From: Fonticula alba ATCC 38817
Taxonomy: Eukaryota > Protista > Nucleariida
Assembly (NCBI GenBank): GCA_000388065.2
Contig: KB932203.1
Length of the DNA stretch: 26,376 nt
Direction: 5' to 3' (one strand)
Positions 9,595-20,600 of the stretch are shown here, one piece after another. Position 1 is the first letter of the stretch, and every line of letters starts with the position of its first letter. The position numbers were made by a program, and so were the translations under genes. The notes below the pieces were generated by a model that saw only the letters and a list, made by a program, of their open reading frames with translations, was not told where the DNA came from and did not search any database.

Positions 9595-11620
9595 NNNNNN
9601 NNNNNNNNNNNNNNNNNNNNNNNNNNNNNNNNNNNNNNNNNNNNNNNNNNNNNNNNNNNNNNNNNNNNNNNNNNNNNNNNNNNNNNNNNNNNNNNNNNNN
9701 NNNNNNNNNNNNNNNNNNNNNNNNNNNNNNNNNNNNNNNNNNNNNNNNNNNNNNNNNNNNNNNNNNNNNNNNNNNNNNNNNNNNNNNNNNNNNNNNNNNN
9801 NNNNNNNNNNNNNNNNNNNNNNNNNNNNNNNNNNNNNNNNNNNNNNNNNNNNNNNNNNNNNNNNNNNNNNNNNNNNNNNNNNNNNNNNNNNNNNNNNNNN
9901 NNNNNNNNNNNNNNNNNNNNNNNNNNNNNNNNNNNNNNNNNNNNNNNNNNNNNNNNNNNCCCCTCCTGCACCCCCTCCTGCACCCCCTCCTGCATGGGAA
10001 ATGCGCTGACATGTGCGCGCTCCATTGGCCGGTCCTCCCCCACTCGCAGAGGCCCTTCGCCGGCAAGGCCCAGGAGCTCATCCAGAATATCCAACGCGCG
10101 GAGATCACCTTCTTCGAGACGGTTGGCGGGGCCCTGCCCCCCAGCCAGCTGCCACCCCCCTCAAGCCGGCCAGCCGGCGGGGCCGGCCCCGGGGCCGGCG
10201 GGGCCGACGTCATCGGCACCCCCCTGTCGGCCGAGGCCATCGACGCCCTGCGGCTGCTCCTCCACCGGGACCCCACCATCCGGCTGTCCTGCCTGCCCAA
10301 CACCCGGAACTACTACCGGAACCATGCCTGGTTTGCCGGCATGGACTGGGCCTCCATGGAGAATAAGGGCGGCCAGCCGCCCTTCGTGCCGGATGGCGGC
10401 AAGGTCAACTTCGATGCCACCTACGAGCTGGAGGAGATGCTGCTGGAGGACAACCCTCTGCGGTCGCGCCCGCGCAAGCGCAAGAACACCACCCTCACCC
10501 CGGAGCAGCTGCCGTCCCTCATCGAGCTGGAGTCCAAGTTCATGGACTTCAACGTCAACAAGCCCCGGCCGGCCATCATCATCGACCCGATCAACAGCGT
10601 GGCCCCCTCGGAAACCGTCAGCTTCGAGTCGGTGGAGATGATTCGCGACACCTCCTCCGAGATGCACATCTCCCTGGCCGACTCGGACATCGGGCACCAC
10701 CATCGCCTCGGGGGCGGCGGCGGCGCCGGCGCCGGCGGCGGCAGCCATGGGTCCTCCTCCTCCTTTCAGCAGCACTCCATCCCCCTGATGGCCATGTCGC
10801 CGGGGTCCTCCCCGGCCACCGGCCCGGCCTCCCCGCCCAGCCCCTTCCCCCCTGCGTCGTCATCGTCGTCACATCACCACTACAGCCACAGCCACAGCCA
10901 GCACCACCACATTGCCGGCGGTCCGATCACCAGCACCGCCCCGGCGCAGCTCCTGCCGTGCGTGTCGTCGGCCTGCGGCCTGTCGCCCTTTTGCCCTCTT
11001 GCGCCCCCGCCCCCCCCCCCTTCCGCTGCCATTCTGTCGCAGCGCGCCCCTGCCTTTGCGTGGTCCTTCTCCGGATCCCTGACCCCCCCCCCCCCCGACC
11101 CTCCTCCCCCGCCCTCCGGACGGACCGGCTGCCCCCTGCCCGGTGGCCGGCATGGACATCCGACACCCGTAGCCGTAGCAGCGGCAACTTCGCCGAGGCA
11201 GCCTCCCCTTCGGAAGGGGCGCCACCAGCCGGCGCGGCCCCCGGCGACGGCGGCGACCCCACCAGCGGCGATGACGTGGTCGACGGCATCATGGACGACC
11301 GCAGTGCCAGCGAGTTTACCGACAGTTGCTACAGCAATTCCAGCAGCTACGACAGCAGCCTGGATCAGCTGGCCGCCGAGATCGGCGCCTCCATCTCCGC
11401 CAGCACCGCCTACGCCACCGGGCGCTATGACAATGCCATGGAGGCCGAGCGTCGGAGTGCCACCTCGCCCACCTCGCCCGCCGACTCCGGCCCTTCGGCC
11501 GAGGGGCAAGCGCCATACGGCGCCGCGAAGCTCTCGGTCGGTGCCGGCGCCGCCGGGGGCGCGGCCTCCGCCCCACCGCACCGCGTGTGCTCCTCCGACC
11601 CGGAGCAGCCTGACTTGTAG
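8693..11620 (+). CDS. STK32: STK32/YANK-family AGC Ser/Thr kinase, 5'-partial; exons 8693..8877, 9062..9240, 9366..9556, 10050..10957, 11173..11620
   Basis: VRIVQKKDTKKMYALKY (subdomain II Lys), AERRLLEE, VIDLMLGGDLRY, IIHRDIKPDNLLLD, HVHVTDFN (DFN instead of DFG is typical of YANK), GTRAYMAPE, VDWWSLGV, YGRRPF, and the C-tail NFDATYELEEMLLEDNPL. All four introns are GTGCGT...AG and phase-consistent. The Gly-rich loop exon was not found intact, and the last exon rests on splice phase only. Confidence 0.9.
8960..8988. repeat. (CA)n microsatellite in a kinase intron
   Basis: Directly visible. Confidence 0.95.
9595..9959. other. assembly gap (365 N) inside a kinase intron
   Basis: Follows a (CT)n tract. 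The flanking exons join in frame (YGR|RPF), so no coding sequence needs to be missing. Confidence 1.
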
Positions 11621-11661
11621 TCGGTGCTGCGCGGCGCGGTGCGGTGCACTGCGGGACCATA

Positions 11662-11662
<1 letters not shown>

Positions 11663-11693
<31 letters not shown>

Positions 11694-11698
11694 TGTGT
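11663..11698. repeat. (GC)n(TG)n compound microsatellite downstream of the kinase stop
   Basis: Directly visible. Confidence 0.9.
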
Positions 11699-13082
11699 AT
11701 GTACGTATGTGCAGGTGGTGCCATGCACCCCTTTGCCGTGATGGGTGTGTTTGTGCGCGTGCGCGTGCGCGCCCATTCACCCAGTCTAGCGGCTCCAAGT
11801 CAGAGCCAGAATGCGCGCGCACGCATACGCACCTTCCCTCCCGCGCGGCCCCCATGCGCTCTCGACATCCGAAAGGGGACAGGTGCATGCACATGCGCGG
11901 GGGAAACACCGCACAAGAAGCCTGCAAAGAAGAAGAAGAAGAAGAAAAAAGAAGAAAGAGACACCGAAAAGAAAGAAAGAAAGAAAAACGCGAGAAGGAA
12001 CAAAAAAGGAGAGGAGCGCGCACCCGCCGCCTGCTTGCTTGGCCCCCCCCCCCCCTCCCACTCGCGCCTCGGAGGCGTCCATCGCCGCGCGCGCCCTGCG
12101 GGGGGGAGGTGTTGCGTCCCGCCTCCTCCTCCCCGCCTCCTCATCCCCCCCCCCCCCCCCCCCCCGACGCCCTCTGTAAACTATCTGCCCCGAAATTTGT
12201 CCCCGCAGCCGCCCCTTGCCTGGCATGCGCCGCGCCGCCCGCCTCTCTCCTTCTTCCTCCTCTTCTCTCTGGCCCTGTTTTTCTGTGTCTCTGTCGCGCG
12301 CGAGCGCGCCCCTGCCTTGGACTCTTCTCTCCCCGTTTTTTTCTGACAAGGGGTATGCATGCCATTTTCCTTTTCGCAGCATGGACCCCCCCCCCCCTCC
12401 CGTCCCCTCCCCCTGGCCCTTCTTCCCACCTACACACACACATACACGCGGCCGTGCGCTGCACCCACTCTCCCCTTCACGTCCCTCCCTCCTGCCCCTC
12501 CCTCCCAAGCACACAACCCCGCCTATCAGCCGCGCGGCGTTCGCCTTTGCATGCGCGCTCATGCGCGCGCATGCCCCTCTTCTCCCACACAGCTTGTACT
12601 TGTATCGTCCAATAGATCCCTCCTTCACACACACACACACACACACACGCGTCTGCGCGCGCGACGTGCCAGCATCCGAGCCGTTCGGGCAGAGGGGGAG
12701 GGGAAGGGAGCGACACGGACCGAAGGGAGCGAGGAAGTGCGGCGTGTGCCGGATGTTTGCATGTCCGTGGAGGGGGCCGATCAGCCCCGGGGGGTGATGA
12801 AGAAAGCAGCAAGGCCCAGGAGCGCGCGCGCGCGCGCGCGTACACGTACACGCCATGGCAACTGCATCTTAACACTGGGCACACCAGGCCACGGCTGGCA
12901 GCCAGTCACGCCCCCCCCCCCCTCCCGATGGGTGGACCGGGACGCCCCTCCCAGGCGCCGGAGAGGCCGCTGCTCCTGGGCGCGCTCCCCCTCCGGGGGG
13001 CAGTTGGGCGCGCCTCGCATCAACCAGGCAGCCCGGGCCAGTGCGGAGCACCACCGAGCAAGGGAGCGCGCGATCACATGCC

Positions 13083-13091
13083 AGCCAATCA
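13083..13091 (+). promoter_or_regulatory. candidate CCAAT box (AGCCAATCA) upstream of the ZIP gene
   Basis: Matches the NF-Y/HAP consensus in a locally AT-richer patch. An 810-N gap separates it from the ATG, so the target gene is uncertain. Confidence 0.25.
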
Positions 13092-13349
13092 ATAGTTCAG
13101 AACATGCTCCACACTGTTCTGGAGCCCTGTTCCCACGGGGATTGCCCCCGTTCCCCGGGGGGGGGGAACGAAGGAGGAAGGAAGGCAGGGCGGTGTGGCC
13201 CGGCCCCTGGGGGGGGGGGCGGGCCGGCGCGCTCCACCCACCACACACGCGCCCTTGAGACGTGGGTCTCCCCCGTCCGGGGTCGAAGGCGGGCGAGAGC
13301 GCCCGGGCTGCAGGTCAACCCCGGCGGGGCGCGATGTGGCCTGCTGCGC

Positions 13350-14159
13350 NNNNNNNNNNNNNNNNNNNNNNNNNNNNNNNNNNNNNNNNNNNNNNNNNNN
13401 NNNNNNNNNNNNNNNNNNNNNNNNNNNNNNNNNNNNNNNNNNNNNNNNNNNNNNNNNNNNNNNNNNNNNNNNNNNNNNNNNNNNNNNNNNNNNNNNNNNN
13501 NNNNNNNNNNNNNNNNNNNNNNNNNNNNNNNNNNNNNNNNNNNNNNNNNNNNNNNNNNNNNNNNNNNNNNNNNNNNNNNNNNNNNNNNNNNNNNNNNNNN
13601 NNNNNNNNNNNNNNNNNNNNNNNNNNNNNNNNNNNNNNNNNNNNNNNNNNNNNNNNNNNNNNNNNNNNNNNNNNNNNNNNNNNNNNNNNNNNNNNNNNNN
13701 NNNNNNNNNNNNNNNNNNNNNNNNNNNNNNNNNNNNNNNNNNNNNNNNNNNNNNNNNNNNNNNNNNNNNNNNNNNNNNNNNNNNNNNNNNNNNNNNNNNN
13801 NNNNNNNNNNNNNNNNNNNNNNNNNNNNNNNNNNNNNNNNNNNNNNNNNNNNNNNNNNNNNNNNNNNNNNNNNNNNNNNNNNNNNNNNNNNNNNNNNNNN
13901 NNNNNNNNNNNNNNNNNNNNNNNNNNNNNNNNNNNNNNNNNNNNNNNNNNNNNNNNNNNNNNNNNNNNNNNNNNNNNNNNNNNNNNNNNNNNNNNNNNNN
14001 NNNNNNNNNNNNNNNNNNNNNNNNNNNNNNNNNNNNNNNNNNNNNNNNNNNNNNNNNNNNNNNNNNNNNNNNNNNNNNNNNNNNNNNNNNNNNNNNNNNN
14101 NNNNNNNNNNNNNNNNNNNNNNNNNNNNNNNNNNNNNNNNNNNNNNNNNNNNNNNNNNN
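13350..14159. other. assembly gap (810 N)
   Basis: N run directly upstream of the ZIP ATG. Confidence 1.
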
Positions 14160-14174
14160 CCGCCCCCGCCCGCC

Positions 14175-16219
14175 ATGGAGAGCTCCCTCATCCTCGGCCT
14201 GGCCGGCACGGCGCTGGTCTTTCTCCTGGCACTCATCGGGTCTGGCGTGCCCACGGCCCTGGCCCGGCGGGCCGAGCGCCGGCGCACCTCCACCAACACA
14301 TACGAGTCGCTTGTGGATGGCCCGAACGCCCCGGCGCCCGAGGACGCCGAGGACCCGGGCGGCCTGCGCAAAAGCCCGGTGCTGAAGCTGCTCCATGGGT
14401 TCGGCGCCGGGGCCGTGGTGGCCGTGGCCCTGGTCCATGCCCTGCCGGAGGCCTTTGCCAAGGTGGGCGAGATCGCGCACGGGTCCGATTCGCATGCCGG
14501 CACGGCGCACTCCCACAGTCACGGCTTCCCGTGGGCCGGGGTGGCGGCCCTGGCCGGGGCGCTGGTGGGCTTCGCGGCCGATGAGATGGTGGCCGCCCTG
14601 CTGGCGGCTCAGGGCGGCGATGTCTGCGCCGACCAGCCCGACAGCCACACCGCCGCCGAGGCGGCCACCGCCCGGCTGGCCGCTCGCCGGCGCCAGCGCG
14701 ACCTGGACAGCGGCGCCGGCCCGGTTTCCAGCGCGGCCCTCTGCGACGACATGGATGCCTGCCTTGATGGCGAGGGCGACCTGCCGGGGGCCGGCGCCAT
14801 GCCCGGCGCTTCGGTCGCCGGGCCGGTGTGCCAGCCGGTCCCGCCGGCGATCCTGGCCGTGACCAAGCGCGTGGATTCGCCCCGGCCAGCGGCGGCCCGC
14901 GGGCCCACCGGCCCCGGCATGCACCACATCCCGCATCATCACCACGGGGGCATCCTCACGCATACGCACTTCCACGAGCCCCCGGCCACGGTGTCCGAGC
15001 TGCTGGCGGCCAGCGATTCGTTCGCCAGCTCGGGCCACCGCCTCCGCCGGTCGGTTTCCGACACGTCGATTCGCTGCTCGGCCGACGGGCCGTCGGCCAC
15101 CGAGAACCGGCCCCTCTTCGACGGCCCCGCCACCCACCTGTCCGGCGTCTACCCTCCCACCCCCCCGGGCCAGGCCGGCCTCCTTTCCGGGGACTCCTCC
15201 ACCCCCTCCTCCGCCTCCTCCGGCGGGTCCTACGGTTCCATCTCGCAGCACCATTTGTCCTCACGGTCGCAAAGCCCGCAACTGTCCTCCTCCTCGCGCG
15301 AGGACACCCTCTCGGCCAAGCAAGCCAGCTCGTGCGTCTTTCCCCCCTCCGGGGCATTGTCCCGCCCCCGATCGCCCGCTGCCGGGTCTGCCTGCTCACA
15401 CTGCCCCACCCTCCTCGTTGATTGGTCGGTTTCCCAATCTCCCGGCCCCCCTCCCCCCCCCCCGCCCCCGGCTGTCCTGTCAGTGTTGCCTTCGAGGCGT
15501 ATGTCGAAGACCATGGCCACGGGCATGGCCACTCACATGGCGGCCACGGCCACTCGCACGGCGGCCACGGCCACTCACATGGCGGCCACGGCCACTCTCA
15601 CAATGCCCCCCTGTCGCGATTCAGCACCATGGCCGACAAGATCGGCTACCATGAGCAGCTTCATGCGGTGGTGGATGCGGCGGCCGAGGCGCGCATGCTC
15701 CGCCGGCGCGCGGCCGCCGCCCAGCTGACCGTCCTCTTCACCGGGCTGGCCTTGCATTCGCTGGTCATCGGCATTGCCTTCGGGGTGTCCTCCGGCGCCG
15801 GGTCTCTGGAGGCCGGCCTGCTGGCGGCCCTGGCCGCGCACCAGCTGTTCGAGGGTCTGGCCCTCGGGTCGCGCATTGTCCGGGCAGGGCTCCACGCGCC
15901 GGAAAGTCGCGTCGACCGCATCAAGGCGGCGCTCATGCACTCGGGCTTCGCCCTGTCCGTGCCGGCCGGCATCGGCATCGGCATCGGCCTGGCCTACTGG
16001 CCGAACCTGTCAGCCACGACGCTGGATTTGGTGTCGGCCGGCTTCCAAGCGGCCGCCGGCGGCCTGCTCATCTACGTCGGCTGGGTGCACCTAGTCCGCG
16101 AGGAGCTGGCCCAGCCGGAGTTCTGTGACAGCCATGCCGGCACCCGGCTCCGGCTGTGGCTGTATGCCGGCATGTTCCTCGGCAGCGCAGCCATGACGGC
16201 TCTCGGTGCGTGGGTGTGA
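14175..16219 (+). CDS. ZIP (Zrt1/IRT1-like, SLC39) divalent metal transporter; exons 14175..15331, 15484..16219; 630 aa
   Basis: ATG in ccgccATGG. TM1 LILGLAGTALVFLLALIG, TM2 GFGAGAVVAVALVHALPEA, TM4 LALHSLVIGIAFG, TM5 AHQLFEGLALG, TM7 AGGLLIYVGWVHLV, and C-terminus LGAWV*. The 152-nt GTGCGT...CAG intron restores the frame. Confidence 0.93.
15512..15601 (+). repeat. His-rich coding repeat HGHGHGHSH(GGHGHSH)3, 21-bp unit
   Basis: ggcggccacggccactc(g/a/t)ca(c/t) x3; 14 His in 30 aa. Confidence 0.95.
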
Positions 16220-16934
16220 GCCGGCCGGGGGTTCCTCGGGCCCGCTGTCACCCGATCGCACCCTCCCCCTCCTCCTGCCCATTTGCCCCGCGCTCCGAGT
16301 TTCGGCGCGAGGGGGGCCTGCTGGAGAGAGAGAGAGGCCCACACCTCGGTAGGGGGGGGGGGGGGGGGGGAAGGGGGGACCCGAAGGCAGGCGGCGAGAC
16401 TCTCGCCCGTGTGCCCCCCCCCCCACCACCACCATGTCCTTGCTTTCCATTCGATGGATTCTTCTTGTATGCTCAGAAAAAAAAACCCAGCCCCCAAATG
16501 CAACTTATATGTGTGTCCAGCATTGCGTGTGTATTTCGTGTATAATGTGCAACACCTCCAGCCGGAGGCTGGGCGCGGCCAAGGGCGACGCGCAGGGCGC
16601 CACGGGCGGGCCCTTTTGAGGGTATGCCCACGTCGCCCCTCTCGGCGATCCTCATGCCAGCATCCGGGAGGGGGGGGGGGGAGACGCTGGGCCCTACTAA
16701 TTGCAGCGGGGCCCGTGCGCTGGAGGGCGGCTTGGCAGCCGGGCCGTGCGAGTGCATCTCTCACGCACGCTGGTGGTGTGCTCGGCAGCCGCCCTTTGTG
16801 TCGTTCCCCCCCCTCCCCCCCCCGGGCGCGGAGGATTCACGATCGTGTGGGCACGCCATGTCCCGAATCACGCGCGCGCGTCTCGCAAATAACGCAGCCT
16901 CGTCGAAAAATATCTCGCCGAACACAATTTCCGC

Positions 16935-16981
16935 ATGAGCTCCCTCCGTCGAGGCCCCTCGCGGCCCAAGTTCTTACGCAT
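16935..16981 (+). CDS. candidate true first exon of RRP6 (MSSLRRGPSRPKFLR)
   Basis: ATG after an AT-richer leader, followed by a GTGCGT donor at 16982 (phase 2). The acceptor CTGAT..N..CCAG at 17625 gives an in-frame join to DTPAAS at 17626. The intron spans a gap. Confidence 0.45.
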
Positions 16982-17051
16982 GTGCGTGGGGTGCGCGCGC
17001 GCGGGCGCCGCAGGCACCGCCGGCACTCCGTGGGAGTCGTCCCTGCTCCCC

Positions 17052-17249
17052 NNNNNNNNNNNNNNNNNNNNNNNNNNNNNNNNNNNNNNNNNNNNNNNNN
17101 NNNNNNNNNNNNNNNNNNNNNNNNNNNNNNNNNNNNNNNNNNNNNNNNNNNNNNNNNNNNNNNNNNNNNNNNNNNNNNNNNNNNNNNNNNNNNNNNNNNN
17201 NNNNNNNNNNNNNNNNNNNNNNNNNNNNNNNNNNNNNNNNNNNNNNNNN
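17052..17249. other. assembly gap (198 N)
   Basis: N run. Confidence 1.
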
Positions 17250-17611
17250 CGAAGGAGGAAGGCGCGTGGCGGCGGTGGTCTGGCGCCCCCGAGAACGGCG
17301 CCTGCTCGCCCCCCCCCCCCCACTCCCTCGAGCCGCGGGGGGAGGGGGGGGGTTGGGGCTGCCGGCGCCGTTGGGCCCCTTTGGTTGCCCTCTCTCCTCG
17401 GCTTTGGCCCGGCCAGCCTGAAAAGCCTGCCAGCCGCCCGGTCCCGGTCCCAGTTTGCCCCCACCCCCATCCCTCCCCCCTCGCTGCCTCTCCATTCCCC
17501 TCCGCCCCCCCCCCCCTCCCCCTTCCGTGCCTGTTCCCCCTTCCTTTGCTCCGCCTCTCCGCCCCCCCCCATCCCCCCCCTTGCCTCTCTCCCTTCGCCC
17601 CTCCAGCCCTG

Positions 17612-20600
17612 ATGCAGCAATCCAGCGACACCCCCGCCGCGTCGGCGTCCGGCGTGGCCGGCGCCCTCGACACCAAGTCCATCTACCGTTCACTGCGGCA
17701 GGTGGAGCGCCTGACCGCGCGGCTCGGGTCCGGCGGCGACGAGGACCCGGCCCCGGCCGGGAAGCGCCCCAAGTCCGTGACGTCCGTCCTGGCGTCCCAT
17801 GACTTCGGCTTCCTGTCGGCCACGAACCCGGCCTTCCGCCAGGCGGCCCAGGCGGCCAACGACCAAGCCACCGGGCTCCTGTCCAGCCTGGTGTCCCTGC
17901 AGGCGGACTTGCTGTCCCGGCTGGCCGATGCCGGGGCCGTCGGCACCTCGGCTCGGGACCTGGTTGATCGCTGCCAGGCCGGCACCTTCACCGACATGGA
18001 TGACGTGCGGGATGGGTTTGCCGTGGTCGGCGACGTGACGGACTCCCTGCTGGAGTGGGGCCACACCGTGATGGAGGCCCTCAATGTGGAGGGCGGCCTG
18101 GCCCCGGACACCCCGCTGACCGGGGCCGCTGGCGCCATCGCCCGCGGCAAGCAGGCGGCCGCCGGCGGCGATGCCGTGGTTTCGTCCTTCCGTGTGGGCA
18201 ACAGCCTGGACTACCGGCTCATTCATGGGCAAAACATTTCCCCCCCCCAGCAGACCTTCCCCGACAAGGTGGACAACTCCCAGGCCACCTTTGTGCCGAG
18301 CCTGCTGGCCAAGCCCCACTCGCTGGCTCCCTTCGACCGGGGTGCGCTCGTTGCTGGCACATCCCCCCCCCCCCCCCTCCCTCATGCCGACCTGTCTTCC
18401 TCTTCTAACGTGTCTCTTCCCTCCCTCCTTCCACATCCTGCCCTTTGGCTTCGTCTGGCGGCCGGCCATGCTGGGCTCCCATGCAGCCGAGTACCTCGCT
18501 TCCGGTGTGAGCAAGAACTCTCAGCTGTTCGACTGCCGGGATATGATCAAGGAGCACTATGAGAAGCTCGGCATCGATTCCTCGCTCTTCAGCTTCCTTC
18601 TGCCGCAGGAGACCATCGAGTGCGTTTGCGCGCCCCTTCATCGTGTCTTTCTCTTCGTCATCAGCCTCCCTGACGTGTGTTCCACCTCTGCCTCTCTGCC
18701 TCTCTGCCCCTCTGCCCCTCTGCCTCCCTACTTCCTCCCTACTTCCTCCCTCTGCCCCTCTGCCCCTCTGCCCCTCTGCTCCCCCCTGCTCCCCCCTGCT
18801 CCCCCCTGCTCCCCCCTGCTCCCTCCTGCTCCCCCTGCTCCCCTGCCCCTCTACCCCCCCCCTGGATAAAGGTACCCCCACCCGTACGCTGCCGAGATCG
18901 AGGCCCTCCGTGCCACCCTCCCCACCCTGCCCATGGCCCCGGTCACCGAGCAGATGTACCTGCCCATGGAGAGCACCCCCCGGACGTGGGTCGACACGCC
19001 GGAGCTCTTGGAGGACATGCGCCAGAAGTTGCTCCAAGTCCGGGAGATCGCCGTGGATCTGGAGCACCACAGCTACCGGTCCTTCCGGGGGTTCGTCTGC
19101 CTGATGCAGATCTCCACCCGGACCGAGGACTTCCTGGTGGACACGCTGGCCCTGCGCGGGCACCTGCAGGCGGCCCTCGGGGACATCTTCGCCGACCCGT
19201 CCGTGGTCAAGGTCCTGCATGGGGCCGATTCCGACATTGTCTGGCTCGAGCGGGACTTCGGCCTGTACATTGTCAACCTCTTTGACACGGGCCAGGCGGC
19301 TCGGGTGCTGCAGCTGCCGCACTTTTCCCTGGCCCACCTGCTGAGCTCGGTGGTCGGTGTGTCGGCCGACAAGCGCTACCAGCTGGCCGACTGGCGCATC
19401 CGTCCCCTGCCGCGCGAGATGGCCCACTATGCCCAGATGGACACGCACTATCTGCTCTTCATTTGGGATCGCCTGCGCAATCAGCTGCTGGCCCGCAGCG
19501 GGTCCGGCACCGGGCAGCTCCTGCTGACGGCCATGGCCCGGTCGTTGGATGTCTCCCTCAAGCGCCACGCCACCGAGGCCTTTGACCCGGTGCTGGCCTT
19601 CATGCAGGTGGCCGCCCGGACCCAGCGTCGGACCGCCCCCGGGGGTGCCCATTCCGCCGATGGGCTGTCCACCAAGCAGCGCGCCGTGGCTCGGGCTCTT
19701 TGCATCTGGCGCGAGGGCATTGCCCGGCAGGAGGACGAGAGCGTGCCCTATATTCTGCCCAACTCGCACCTTCTGCGCCTGGTGGCCACTCTGCCGGCCA
19801 ATGATCGCCAGGGGGTCATCAGCTGCTCGCACTCCTGCTCCCCGGCCGTCCGGGCCAATGCCGATGTCCTGGCTGCCCTGATCCACACCGCCATGGAGTC
19901 GGTGCGTTCCTGTCCACGCCTCGTTGTGTGTCTCTGCTCGCCTTGCCCGCGACCTGGCCCCCCATTCTGACGTTGTTCTCTTTTCGGCTTTCCCCTGGAC
20001 TTGCGACCGGACGCCCACGCCCACACGCACACACGCACACACGTTTACGCACACACGCACACACGCACACACGTTTACGCACACACGCACACACGCACAC
20101 ACGCACACACGCACACACGTATACGCACACACACACACACACGCACACACGTACACACGCACACAGGCCCCGGAGACTGCCAATTTCCATCTGCCTTTCT
20201 CGTCGGAGCTCCCGAGCGCCCCTAGCGACGAGAGCTCCTCCAGCTTGATGAGCCAATTCACTGCCACTGGTGCGCCCCCTCCCTCCCCCGCCTACCGGGC
20301 CCCATTTCTCCTCCCCTCGCCTCTCCCCCTCCATGGTCACTCTAACCTGGATGCTTGCGCAGCCGACCTCCGGCCGTATGAGGCCAAGCGCAAGGTGTCT
20401 CTCTTCGGCCCCACTCGCGAAAGCACCCTCCTCGGGCCGAACCACCGGCCGATGGCCACGCCAGTCCTGCCCCCGACCGCCGACGCCCAGGCAGCCCTGG
20501 CACGCGCCCACCACAGCATGGAGAACTCCCTCCTGGCCCCCGGCGCTCTGGTACATACCCCCGACGCGCGGCGGCCCACCTCGCCGGTGCCACCCCACGC

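Noticed and set aside
12849-12862. RFX X-box-like CACGCCATGGCAAC
   Set aside because: Only one half-site matches; the GT of the left half is absent.
13041-14174. N-terminal extension of the 895-aa ORF upstream of the ZIP Met
   Set aside because: Artefact of translating through 810 N; the ZIP TM1 begins right after ATG 14175.
16622-16706. Intron-like segment GTATGC...CTAAT-TGCAG in the ZIP-RRP6 spacer
   Set aside because: No coding continuity across it and the donor is atypical for this window. It could be a UTR intron, but this is unsupported without RNA data.
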